DNA of 64,000 nt from sequence record SRR31156797_4857; one strand, given 5' to 3'. Below are positions 37,505-46,893 of this stretch, piece by piece. Under the pieces are notes generated by a model that worked only from the letters and a program-made list of their open reading frames with translations, made no database searches and had not been told where the DNA came from. A program made the translations under genes and the position numbers. The first letter of the stretch is position 1. Each line of letters starts with the position of its first letter.

Positions 37505-37743
37505 TTTTTAACTTTCCTGCTTGCAAGCTCATCACTGAGGATATCAAGGTCTGCCATATCCCACCTTGCCGCTTCAATATTTTCCTGACGGATGCGGTCG
37601 TAAACTTCCTGTCGGTATATTTTGGTTTCCCTGGGAGCGTCAATCCCTATACGGATGCCTCCGCTTTTTAATTCTATGATCTTGACGGTAATATTATCGC
37701 CAATGACGATACCTTCACCGGCTTTTCTGGTCAGCACCAGCAT
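37501..37743 (-). CDS. csrA: Carbon storage regulator CsrA, long FliW-responsive form
   Basis: MLVLTRKAGEGIVIGDNI..RIGIDAPRETKIYRQEVY..EN plus C-terminal extension; real start is ATG 37743. Confidence 0.96.
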   Translation of the reverse strand: MLVLTRKAGEGIVIGDNITVKIIELKSGGIRIGIDAPRETKIYRQEVYDRIRQENIEAARWDMADLDILSDELASRKVKK

Positions 37744-37869
37744 GTATGCACCTTGGTCTATCCGGATATGTGTATCCGGAGGGTGAAAATTGAGGGCTCT
37801 CTTTACTGCAGGGTAAAACCTGTGCAAAATGAAAGAAACACACACCTGTAACTTGTTATTCCAACGCCC

Positions 37870-37897
37870 ATATCGTCAGTATTGTGTATACCGATTA
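37870..37897 (-). promoter_or_regulatory. Possible sigma-28 promoter of csrA-fliW
   Basis: TAAT-N16-GACGATAT. Confidence 0.45.
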
Positions 37898-38285
37898 AAA
37901 AAGCAAGTGTTTTTAGTTGGTTCTGTAAGGGGGGACTTGTACAAGGGCTTCATTCTCTCAATGTTGTTTTTGGTGACGAAACACAGGTACCCCATCTTCA
38001 AAGGATTACTTTTTCGCGCATAGATAGGGTGTACCTGCAAAATGCGCTTATTCAAAGCTGAAGCACTTGAAAACTGTTACACTTTAGAGAGACGGAAAAA
38101 TAACCATTTGTGCGGCGTTTAACTCTATGTTTTTTATAAGCAAGTCTATGGATAACCGAGTGAAGCTCGGCTCGGGGAAGACTTAGCAAAAAGGTTTTAG
38201 CTATGGTGTGAGAACTGTATCTGCCCGCTGCCATAATAAATGGCGTGACATCCCGCAGGTCGATTTTTTAACGACGTCTGAAGGG

Positions 38286-39260
38286 TTAGATGAAGTCTAA
38301 GATGGAGAGCTGAGAGACTTTAGAGGTAATGCTTAATGCCGCCTGGAAAGCGGTTTCTTGCTGCACGATCTCATTAAAAACCTCGATGGCGTCTGCATCT
38401 TCATAGCGGGACAGCACCTGCTTGAGGTCAATCTGTACTTCTTCTTGGTAAACCATGGCACTTTCAACTCGACTAGCACGGTTGCCGAGTTGTGAACGGA
38501 GCCGCCGGTTTTGCTCGGCTGCACCGTCAAGGTCTTCGAGGCTGGTCTGCATTGCAGCCTGATCATTGGCACGGATAGACTCTTCTGCCTGGGTAATTTC
38601 TGCGAACAGGTCATATCTCCCTGCATCAACACTATTAAGCGTACTGTTAGTAGGGTCCCAGTTTGTAGAGCCTAAAAAAAGGTTATTGCCAGTCAGGTTG
38701 GCCTGCAGTTGTTCACCTGGACTAATTTCGACAAAGGTGGCGTTTTCGTCACCATTGTATAGCACTGGCCACGTCGCGCTATCGTTTGGGTTATACCCTG
38801 CCTCCGTGTAAGACGAGTTGATGGTAAACGGTTTGCTATCTTCCTGGTACCCGCTAAAGATGTATTTACCGTCAACGTTTCCGTTGGCGGCATCGAGTAA
38901 TTCCTGCTTAAGCTGCACTAGCTCATCAGCCAGTACGGTTCGGTCCTGGTCACCCAGGCTGCCGTTGACCGCATTGACCATGATCTCTTTGGTGCGTTGC
39001 ATGATGTTTTCCACATGTTCTAAGTGGCCATCCGTAGCAGCCATTATGTCGCCGGTCTTGCCCATGGTCTCCAGATAACGATCGACATTGCTGAGCTGTT
39101 TTCTGGTGTTGAGTACAGGTCTAATTGCTGCCGGGTCGTCTGAAGGCTTGTTTATTTTTTTTCCTGTTGCCCCCATGGTTCGAAGTCTTTCGAGATCAAG
39201 GGCCACGTCATTGAGCCGTGAGCCGAGCATGTTATATGTGGTACCTTGGGTTGCTTTCAT
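38286..39260 (-). CDS. flgL: Hook-associated protein FlgL
   Basis: TGKKINKPSDDP, GKYIFSG, C-terminal LSILDFI. Confidence 0.96.
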   Translation of the reverse strand: MKATQGTTYNMLGSRLNDVALDLERLRTMGATGKKINKPSDDPAAIRPVLNTRKQLSNVDRYLETMGKTGDIMAATDGHLEHVENIMQRTKEIMVNAVNGSLGDQDRTVLADELVQLKQELLDAANGNVDGKYIFSGYQEDSKPFTINSSYTEAGYNPNDSATWPVLYNGDENATFVEISPGEQLQANLTGNNLFLGSTNWDPTNSTLNSVDAGRYDLFAEITQAEESIRANDQAAMQTSLEDLDGAAEQNRRLRSQLGNRASRVESAMVYQEEVQIDLKQVLSRYEDADAIEVFNEIVQQETAFQAALSITSKVSQLSILDFI

Positions 39261-39263
39261 AAT

Positions 39264-40676
39264 TTACCCTTTAAGCTGCAGGAGCGAATTCATCATTTCG
39301 TCAACAGTGGAAAGAAACTTGGCAGAGGATTGAAAACCACGCTGATATTGGATGAGATCAATCATTTCTTCTTCAAGAGAAACACCAGAAAAACCGTCCC
39401 GCAGATTTTGTAACTGGATAGTTGCATCTTCAGCACCGCTGAGTGCCAGATCATTCCTGCTTGCCTCAATACCAACTTTGGAGACCATTTGACTAAAAAA
39501 CGCATCATAGTTGTCATTGGTACCTGTAACGTTGTGGCTCGTTTCCAGTTCAGCAATTTTCATTGCATTCTGGTTGTCTCCGGGTGCCGCTGTATCAAGC
39601 CCGGCAGCCGCAATATAACGACTGTCTGTAAAGGCGTTAGTAATGGATCTGCTTGCACGAACATCTGGAGGCAGCGCTGTGATATCAGTAAAAAAGAGTT
39701 GGCCGGTAGTTGCTGTCCCTGTCAAAGGATCGATGAAGTAGCCATCATCGTGGATGTCGTTAACCGAAGAGGTAAGGTCAACTGCAAGCGTATCGAGATC
39801 ATTATGCAATCCTTCTATAAACACATCTCGGATTTCATACATGCCGCGAAATTTCCCACCCAGTTCCTCACGACTCAAATCTTTGGTGGTTCCGGCTATT
39901 TCGACCTGGAGCTCGACATTGGTGCCAGTGGTAACGGTTTTAATGGTCATGGCAGTATTGCCCTGCACCAAGGGGGTGCCACCAGGAAGGACCACCGCGA
40001 GCATTCCCTGGTTATCACTGTATGTCTTAACACCAAGGGTTTGAGAGAGATCCTGGACAATCAGATCCCGTTGGTCCCTGGCTGCGTTGGCCTGCTGGCC
40101 ACCAATTTCTACCTGTCTTATTCGATCATTGAGCTTGGCAATTTCACTGATTTTTTCATTAAGCTGCTCTACTTCACCAATAATTTCGGTATTGATATTT
40201 TGTCTGATGGTGTTTAGCTCATCACTGAGCTGGGTAAAAGAATCACCCAGGAGTTCACCACGCTGGAGCACAATATCCCTTTCCACCTGTCCGCTTGGGT
40301 TGGTAGTCAGTTCCTGCCATGCATCAAAGAATTCGTTTATTTCCGTAGCGAGATTATCCTCGGAAACATTGAACAACCGTTCGAGTTCAGATAGCGGGTT
40401 GGACCTGCCGGTTTCTTCACCAAAGGCAATGTTACTTTCCTGGAGCTGGCGGCTGATAAAGGAGCTGTAATCGCGACTGACGTCGGAGACGGTTACCCCT
40501 TGACCAATGAAGAAATCACCGAAATTGACTGCAGGAATCTGCATCAACTCGGCGCGTTGCCTTGAGTAGCCCTCGGTGTTAACGTTGGCAACGTTGTTGC
40601 CTACAATCTCAATGGCTTTCTGGTTAGTGCTCAGGCTTGTTTTACCGGCATTCAGAGCGTCAAGGAGTCCTGCCAT
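39264..40676 (-). CDS. flgK: Hook-associated protein FlgK
   Basis: GNNVANVNTEGYSRQ, SGVSLEEEMIDLIQYQRGFQSSAK. Confidence 0.97.
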   Translation of the reverse strand: MAGLLDALNAGKTSLSTNQKAIEIVGNNVANVNTEGYSRQRAELMQIPAVNFGDFFIGQGVTVSDVSRDYSSFISRQLQESNIAFGEETGRSNPLSELERLFNVSEDNLATEINEFFDAWQELTTNPSGQVERDIVLQRGELLGDSFTQLSDELNTIRQNINTEIIGEVEQLNEKISEIAKLNDRIRQVEIGGQQANAARDQRDLIVQDLSQTLGVKTYSDNQGMLAVVLPGGTPLVQGNTAMTIKTVTTGTNVELQVEIAGTTKDLSREELGGKFRGMYEIRDVFIEGLHNDLDTLAVDLTSSVNDIHDDGYFIDPLTGTATTGQLFFTDITALPPDVRASRSITNAFTDSRYIAAAGLDTAAPGDNQNAMKIAELETSHNVTGTNDNYDAFFSQMVSKVGIEASRNDLALSGAEDATIQLQNLRDGFSGVSLEEEMIDLIQYQRGFQSSAKFLSTVDEMMNSLLQLKG

Positions 40677-40745
40677 GTTCGTATTCCTGGATATTGAGTA
40701 GTGTGTGTCAGTCCCTTGACGTGGTGAAATGATCCTCTGTTAGTA

Positions 40746-40773
40746 TTATCGGCACAAATAAAGAAAGAGTTTA
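40746..40773 (-). promoter_or_regulatory. Sigma-28 promoter of flgKL
   Basis: TAAA-N16-GCCGATAA (consensus boxes). Confidence 0.85.
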
Positions 40774-41127
40774 GGGTACCTTGAAAAATTGCTTTTTCTT
40801 CCTATCCCCCAGGGGGCTTACGGAGTGTGTTTGCTGTGTTATGGTAAAATGATACTCTCGGAGGTAAGCGATAGAATCCTATGTTTAGCATATGCCTCTG
40901 CAATAGTTTCATATATTTCTGAGTCAGGGCTGACTTGAATTGACCAAAAAAGCGAGTTCTTTAAAGCGCTCTTGAATTGAGATACATGCCTTTTCTCTTT
41001 CAGAGAAGTAGGATGATGTTTAAAAAGGCAGGAAGGGTAGGTCGGGAAGGAGCTTAGGCGACTGGTTGCAAATGGGGGGAAGCTGATAATCGGAGCGGTG
41101 TTCTAGAAAAGGTCGTGTGTGACTGTT

Positions 41128-41487
41128 TTAAATTCTACCGGAAAGCAGGCGACCATTCATAGCTGTATTTTTGGTTGCACCGGTCTGGCCGTAGGTTGTA
41201 GGGATTGTTTTACGACCGAAAAACTCCATGGTATCCTGAATCCAATTCAGTGTTGCCCGGAAAAGAAAGGCATTACGTCTGTTCTCATCACTGATTTCAC
41301 GGGCAAGAGCCTGGTCATCTGGATGCAGCTGTTCAACAACCTGCAGGGTCTGCAGAATCGCCTCTTTTTGTACCATGTCATTGGCCATGGCCTGCATGTC
41401 CAATTGCTTTGCATGTTCTCGTTCATTATGGATAGTTTCTCGCAACTGCATGAGTAACTCTCTTACAGATTCGCGGGTCATGATCAT
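41128..41487 (-). CDS. flgN: FlgN chaperone
   Basis: Helical protein with ENRRNAFL..TYG; lies between flgM and flgK. Confidence 0.8.
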   Translation of the reverse strand: MIMTRESVRELLMQLRETIHNEREHAKQLDMQAMANDMVQKEAILQTLQVVEQLHPDDQALAREISDENRRNAFLFRATLNWIQDTMEFFGRKTIPTTYGQTGATKNTAMNGRLLSGRI

Positions 41488-41771
41488 CCCTCGACTAAGA
41501 ATTTAAGCAGGCTGGAAGCAACTTTGTTCAAATCCGGCTCATAGGTACCGTTTGCTACCTGGGCCTTGAGTTCTTCTACGCGTGCGGCACGTTCGCTTTT
41601 GGTAACGTCACCAATGGCTGTTGTTTGGCTCGCTCCCTTAAGAGCAGAGGAAAACGATGCGCCTTGAGTGTTGTCAGCTTTGCCGGATTTTTGCGTTTCC
41701 CCGGTACGATTGGTTTTGTTGACACCACCTACTTGTGTCATACCTCTGACTCCAAAAAATTCCACTGTCAT
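41484..41771 (-). CDS. flgM: Anti-sigma-28 factor FlgM
   Basis: C-terminal RAARVEELKAQVANGTYEPDLNKVA; start uncertain (41771 or 41780). Confidence 0.9.
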   Translation of the reverse strand: MTVEFFGVRGMTQVGGVNKTNRTGETQKSGKADNTQGASFSSALKGASQTTAIGDVTKSERAARVEELKAQVANGTYEPDLNKVASSLLKFLVEG

Positions 41772-41792
41772 CTCGATCACCTGATGTTTTTA

Positions 41793-42359
41793 TTAAACCA
41801 CAGTCTCGGACTCAGCTACCCAGCTATCGAGTTTTTCCATAACCGTATCGTAGGTTGCATAAGAGATATCCGGGAGCCATCCACCAAAGGCTTCAAGCGC
41901 TTCGTTAAATCCGTTATCAATGCCTTCTTTTATGGCATCGATGCGGGATGGATCTCCTCCAGCAACTCCAACAGCGAACTGGAAAATTCGTTCTGAGGTT
42001 TTTTCTACACCAAAATAACCATCATCCGCAACCAATTCCTTGGCTGCTTCCGGGGTAACGGACGCGATGTCAATCTCTATATCGCCGACCAATGCTTTGG
42101 TGTTAATGCCTTGCTCTTTCAGCAGGTTGGCTACCAGGTCTTGCAGCAAACCAAACTTGTCTCCTGCTCCGCTCTCAACGTACATGTCGGTGGAGTAAGT
42201 GACTGCCAGTGAGGATTCGCTCTCGATGGATACAGAGTCCATCAATCCAGATTTGTTGCCGCCATTGTCCATTTGCTTGTTAAAGCTGGCTTCCATGCGG
42301 TAATTCTGGTGAGCATTAATCGTACTGTGCAATTGTTTGTGGCTTAAACTGTCTATCAT
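41793..42359 (-). CDS. Conserved hypothetical protein (DUF5610-like) leading the flgMN operon
   Basis: C-terminal DGYFGVEKTSERIFQFA..GFNEA..FGGWLPDISYATYD..LDSW domain; low-complexity N-terminus; ATG 42359. Confidence 0.8.
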   Translation of the reverse strand: MIDSLSHKQLHSTINAHQNYRMEASFNKQMDNGGNKSGLMDSVSIESESSLAVTYSTDMYVESGAGDKFGLLQDLVANLLKEQGINTKALVGDIEIDIASVTPEAAKELVADDGYFGVEKTSERIFQFAVGVAGGDPSRIDAIKEGIDNGFNEALEAFGGWLPDISYATYDTVMEKLDSWVAESETVV

Positions 42360-42432
42360 TTCCCTGCCTCCCTGCAGTTTTTTACGACTCATCCTTGGCC
42401 GTAGTACAGAATTTATCTTTTCTGTATTCTTC

Positions 42433-42460
42433 TTTTCGGTAGGAAGTTGTGAGAACTTTA
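42433..42460 (-). promoter_or_regulatory. Sigma-28 promoter of the hypothetical-flgM-flgN operon
   Basis: CTAAAG.. TAAA-N16-ACCGAAAA. Confidence 0.7.
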
Positions 42461-42822
42461 GCTTTTTAGCGTTTTTTTTCTAAAAAAAGACAAGAAAAAA
42501 AAAGGGGAATAATACTGTGTAATTCTAGTTGAATACGTGTTGGGTATCATCTGGTTGTGGCAGGGAATCTTATTTTTTATTTGAAAAATAAAAAGGAGAA
42601 AATAATTATCTGGTTACCCGCTGAAACTCAGCCATTTTTTGGCCTCGAAATGCATATTGAATTTTTCAGTACACAAAGAAAGGACAGCTTTTCACATACT
42701 TTTTTATGATAACTGGATAGCGTGGACTTCGATCTGTTTCCCGGAAAAAAAGAGAAATAAAACGGGAGTCCATTGTCTGCCTAGGTAGAAAATTGGCTGG
42801 CTATTGTATGGAATTCAAAAAA

Positions 42823-43143
42823 TTATTTTTGCTGGTTCAGTTTGCTCTGCATCTGTTCGTAAATCTGTTTGGCAAGACCAATGCTCTGTTTTTGTGAAAC
42901 TTGGGTGGCTAGTTCCATGTCCAGCATTTCTTCGTAAATCTTTTCAGCATTGGATTTTGGGAGTAATCCATCTTCGGGCACGGTGTTGCGCATGGCCTTG
43001 AACATTGATTGCACCATGATCGCTTCGAATTCAGCAGATATTTTTTCCACAGCTTTGTCATCCTTGTCCATGGAGTTGACACGTTCCTGCTGCTTGGTAT
43101 GCTGTGCCGTTGTAAATGTAGCTTTTGGGTCAATTGAATTCAT
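42823..43143 (-). CDS. flgJ: Short FlgJ (rod-binding domain only)
   Basis: EFEAIMVQSMFKAMRNTV..YEEMLD..SIGLAKQIYEQM; no muramidase domain. Confidence 0.9.
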   Translation of the reverse strand: MNSIDPKATFTTAQHTKQQERVNSMDKDDKAVEKISAEFEAIMVQSMFKAMRNTVPEDGLLPKSNAEKIYEEMLDMELATQVSQKQSIGLAKQIYEQMQSKLNQQK

Positions 43144-43233
43144 ACTATATATTCCTGTTTAGTAACTATTCAACGAATAACAAATTACTTCGCCTTAACC
43201 TCGATTTTAAACTGTTCAACGGTGGCTCCCTGA

Positions 43234-44349
43234 TTAAAGGACAACTAATTCTCCCTGCAAGGCACCAGCGGCCTTGATAGCTTGAAAAATGGCGATTAAA
43301 TCACGGGGGGTGGCTCCAATGGCATTAAGTGCTTTGGCTATCTCGCCGATATTGACGCCCATATTTAGAACCACCAAGTTGCCGTCTTCCTCAACGGTTT
43401 CAATTGTCGTCTGCGGCGCAGCAACCGTCTCACCCTCAGCCAACGGGTTGGGCTGTGATACCTCGATGGATTCAGAAATGACAAGATTAAGGTTGCCGTG
43501 GGATACGGCAACGGTTGATATGCGAACATCCTGTCCCATGACAATGGTACCTGTACGTTCATTGACGACGATTCTAGCAGGTGTATCAGGTTCGATATCG
43601 ATATTTTCAATATCAGATATAAAAGAAACGATCCCGGCCGGATACTCTTCTGGTTTTATGACTTGAATGGATGTCCCGTCAAGAGATCGGGCTGTGGCAG
43701 GGCCGAAATAATTGTTGATGGCTTCGGTCATTCTGGCAGCGGTAGTAAAGTCCGTTTCTTTGAGTTGAAAGAGCAGATTGCCGCTTTCCGGTAAGGTAAA
43801 ATCAACGGTTCGCTCAATAATAGCACCACCAGCAATTCGACCGGCAGTGGGGAAGTTTTTCTGTACCTGAGCGGCCTTGCCGCCAAAAGAAATTCCGCCA
43901 ACAGCCAGTGGTCCCTGAGCAACGGCGTAGGTCTTGCCGTCTGGTCCTTTTAGTGGTGTCATCAGCAGGTTGCCGCCTGCAAGACTTGAGGAGTCACCGA
44001 TGGAGGCAACATGGATATCGATAGTCGACCCCGTCCCTGCAAAAGGGGGCAGCTTAGCTGTGACCATGACAGCAGCCACATTTTTGGTTTTCATCTGACT
44101 AAAGACATCCGGAGTGATGGCCATGCCCATTCTCTTGATCATATTGATCATGGCTTGGCGGGTGAAAACCGATTTTTTTATATCGTCTCCAGTGCCATTG
44201 AGTCCTATAACCAGTCCGTAGCCCATGAGTTGGTTTTCACGGACCCCCTCAATGTTTGCCAGGTCTTTTATGCGTGCTGCTGAAACGGTTTGTACACATG
44301 CCAGCAAGAGGATGATGAAAAGCGGGCGTGTTAAGTTTTTTGTTTTCAT
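43234..44349 (-). CDS. flgI: Flagellar P-ring protein
   Basis: RIKDLA..GVRENQLMGYGLVIGLNGTGD, KNVAAVMVTA, IVVNERTGTIV. Confidence 0.98.
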   Translation of the reverse strand: MKTKNLTRPLFIILLLACVQTVSAARIKDLANIEGVRENQLMGYGLVIGLNGTGDDIKKSVFTRQAMINMIKRMGMAITPDVFSQMKTKNVAAVMVTAKLPPFAGTGSTIDIHVASIGDSSSLAGGNLLMTPLKGPDGKTYAVAQGPLAVGGISFGGKAAQVQKNFPTAGRIAGGAIIERTVDFTLPESGNLLFQLKETDFTTAARMTEAINNYFGPATARSLDGTSIQVIKPEEYPAGIVSFISDIENIDIEPDTPARIVVNERTGTIVMGQDVRISTVAVSHGNLNLVISESIEVSQPNPLAEGETVAAPQTTIETVEEDGNLVVLNMGVNIGEIAKALNAIGATPRDLIAIFQAIKAAGALQGELVVL

Positions 44350-44371
44350 AGGCTAGCCTCTAGCTTCTCCA

Positions 44372-45097
44372 TCAGAAAGGCCAGGTGTTATCCAGGATAC
44401 GCATCAGCCAGCCTGGTTTCTGTTTGTCTGAAATGGCGCCTTTGCCAGTATAGGCGATCTGTGCGTTAAGGATATTGCCGGAATCTACAGTGTTGGCAGC
44501 GGTCACGTCAAATGATCTGACAATACCTGTAAGATAAATAATCTGGCTTTCGTTATTAACCATTACCGATTTACCACCGCGGATTTTCATATTACCGTTA
44601 GGGTAGACCTCTATAACCTGGGTGGTCAAGGTGGCAATCAAATCTTCGGTTCTTGTCGTTTTACCGCTTCCTTTAAATTCATTGCTCAGGTTGGCTTCTA
44701 CAAGGGTTGACATATTTAAGTTAGGGTTATTTTCCTCAAACACTTTTTCATAACCAAAGAGAGTGGGAATCCCGGCAGTCATGCTTGAGTCTCGGTCTGT
44801 CTCTGTTGTAGCCTCTTTAGATGCGCTGGCCTTTTCTTGGATTATAACTGTAACAATATCACCCACGGTTCTGGCTCTGATGTCTGCAAGCCAGTTGCCC
44901 TCGTCCCCTGTCCATAAAGTACCCGGCGATTGTGCTTGTGGGGCCTGGACAACAGGTGCTTCAAGCGGTTCGGGAATGGAAACCACTTCTGGATTCGGGT
45001 TACCGCAGCCAGAGAGGAAGAGCGTCAACGCTGTAAGCAGCAACAATTGGTAACATGATGTTAGGAAGTTGTGATTCGTTGTGCGTAGATGCTTCAT
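44372..45097 (-). CDS. flgH: Flagellar L-ring lipoprotein
   Basis: Lipobox LSGC, RARTVGDIVTV, PNGN, PGWL..WPF; start ATG 45097. Confidence 0.96.
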   Translation of the reverse strand: MKHLRTTNHNFLTSCYQLLLLTALTLFLSGCGNPNPEVVSIPEPLEAPVVQAPQAQSPGTLWTGDEGNWLADIRARTVGDIVTVIIQEKASASKEATTETDRDSSMTAGIPTLFGYEKVFEENNPNLNMSTLVEANLSNEFKGSGKTTRTEDLIATLTTQVIEVYPNGNMKIRGGKSVMVNNESQIIYLTGIVRSFDVTAANTVDSGNILNAQIAYTGKGAISDKQKPGWLMRILDNTWPF

Positions 45098-45098
45098 A

Positions 45099-46055
45099 TT
45101 AAAACTCCACGGAAACCATTCCCGGGCCGTCAATCCGGGCATAGATCAGTTTGTTTGAGCGCATGTTTTTCACCCGAATGGTATCACCGATGATTCCGGC
45201 TGATCTGGCAACACCTTTCGTGGAAATTCTGAGGTTTCCCTTGCCGGCAATAACCTTTACCAGGTCACCGGTCTTGATGACAGGTGGGGGTGCAATCTGT
45301 TCATGTTCAACCACCTTTCCTGCTCCAATAGTCCTTGCGGCCTGCATGCCGATAACATTTTGAGGTTTGAAAACAGGATGATTTGCTGCAACAATATTTT
45401 TGCGTTTCATGGATATTTGTTTTGGCCTGATGATCGTCCCTTTACGGATTGTTTCAGTGGCCACTACAATATCGGTTAGGATCTCTATCCGACCACGCAC
45501 TGTACAATTGGTGGCCGGGTTCCCGTCTACTTTAAAGAAAACGGAAAAGCTAGAACTGTCGGTAATGTTAGGGCGAGATGGTGTAACACGCCACGAAAGT
45601 TGGCCATACGGCAGGAGTATCTCAGAAGGAGCACGCATGGAGGTGAAACGTATGTCACCTTTGGGTAATTTTTCGTTGTTGTTGGCCAGGAATTCGGCAA
45701 TAATATTGTAGAGTTGATCCTTTGTAACCTTTATTGCCTGGCGATGTATGACGACTTCTCTTTTACCGGACCATTTAACGTCAGATGCCTCAGGGTTATT
45801 ACGCAGTGAAGTAATGACTGAGGGAGTTTGCAGCGTTTTGTTTTTTCCTGGGGCAGGTGCGTTGGCAATGACTAATCGACTTAATGCCTGCCCATATTCG
45901 TTAGCTGGTGTAATACTGGCAATATCACCAAGTGTTATCTTATCACCGATTATTGTTGCCTTGTCGGCAAAAGTGACCGTCAGTGCCGCTGAGACTGGTG
46001 CGACAAGTATCAGCACGTAAAAAATGCTATATAATAGGCTGCGAGTACATTTCAT
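45099..46055 (-). CDS. flgA: P-ring assembly chaperone FlgA (long form)
   Basis: Signal peptide, ITLGDIA N-terminal domain, C-terminal SAF domain GDTIRVKN. Confidence 0.92.
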   Translation of the reverse strand: MKCTRSLLYSIFYVLILVAPVSAALTVTFADKATIIGDKITLGDIASITPANEYGQALSRLVIANAPAPGKNKTLQTPSVITSLRNNPEASDVKWSGKREVVIHRQAIKVTKDQLYNIIAEFLANNNEKLPKGDIRFTSMRAPSEILLPYGQLSWRVTPSRPNITDSSSFSVFFKVDGNPATNCTVRGRIEILTDIVVATETIRKGTIIRPKQISMKRKNIVAANHPVFKPQNVIGMQAARTIGAGKVVEHEQIAPPPVIKTGDLVKVIAGKGNLRISTKGVARSAGIIGDTIRVKNMRSNKLIYARIDGPGMVSVEF

Positions 46056-46062
46056 GTTTGCC

Positions 46063-46842
46063 TTACATGTTGTTGACGGTCTGCATCATTTCGTCTGTGG
46101 TGGAGACAACATTAGAGTTGATCTCAAACGCCCTCTGGGTGCTAATCATGTGGGCCACCTCTTGGACCAGATTAACATTTGAGTTTTCTACAAACCCCTG
46201 CAGTAGGAGGCCGTAACCATCACTGCCAGGGGTGCCAATGGCAGCAACGCCGGAACTGTCAGTTTCCCTGAAAAGATTACGGCCAATGGCAACCAGGCCA
46301 GCTTCGTTAACAAAAGCTGCCAGGTCAATATTACCAAGCTCTGTTGATTCGGTATCCTCGCCTAAAATGGCACTGACCACGCCTGTCTCTGAGATGGTTA
46401 CTTGTTGAGCATCCTCCGGGATGACAATTTCAGGTTGGAGAGGATAGCCGTCAGAAGTGACCATTCGGCCATCACCGTCAAGCTTGAAGTTACCTGCCCT
46501 TGTGTAAGCCGTGTTACCGTTGGGGAGATCGACCTGGAAAAAGCCTGAACCTTCAATGGCAACATCGAGCTCGTTGTCGGTTTGAATTAGGTCGCCCTGG
46601 GTAAAAATTTTTGTTACAGCACCCGGTTTTACCCCAAGACCAACCTGAATGCCGGTCGGCGATTTTGTGTCGTCTGAAGTGGGACTGCCCGGCACTTTCA
46701 TGATCTGATAAAGCAGATCCTGGAAATCGGCGCGGCTTCTTTTAAATCCTGTGGTTGAAACGTTTGCCAGATTGTTGGCAATAACGTCCAGGTTCAGGCT
46801 CTGAGCCCCCATGCCGGTGGTTGCTGTCCAGAGTGATCGCAT
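46063..46842 (-). CDS. flgG: Distal rod protein FlgG
   Basis: MRSLWTATTGM..IANNLANV.TTGFKR.RADFQDLLYQ, YTRAGNF. Confidence 0.97.
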   Translation of the reverse strand: MRSLWTATTGMGAQSLNLDVIANNLANVSTTGFKRSRADFQDLLYQIMKVPGSPTSDDTKSPTGIQVGLGVKPGAVTKIFTQGDLIQTDNELDVAIEGSGFFQVDLPNGNTAYTRAGNFKLDGDGRMVTSDGYPLQPEIVIPEDAQQVTISETGVVSAILGEDTESTELGNIDLAAFVNEAGLVAIGRNLFRETDSSGVAAIGTPGSDGYGLLLQGFVENSNVNLVQEVAHMISTQRAFEINSNVVSTTDEMMQTVNNM

Positions 46843-46893
46843 ATTGTACCTCTTTGTGCAGGAGTATCTGCATAAGTAGTATCGGTTAGCCTG

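Noticed and set aside
42601-42722. Possible decayed ~120-bp element (ATAATTATCTGGTTA ... TAACTGGATAGC)
   Set aside because: The inverted match is too short and degenerate for AT-rich DNA to support by eye.
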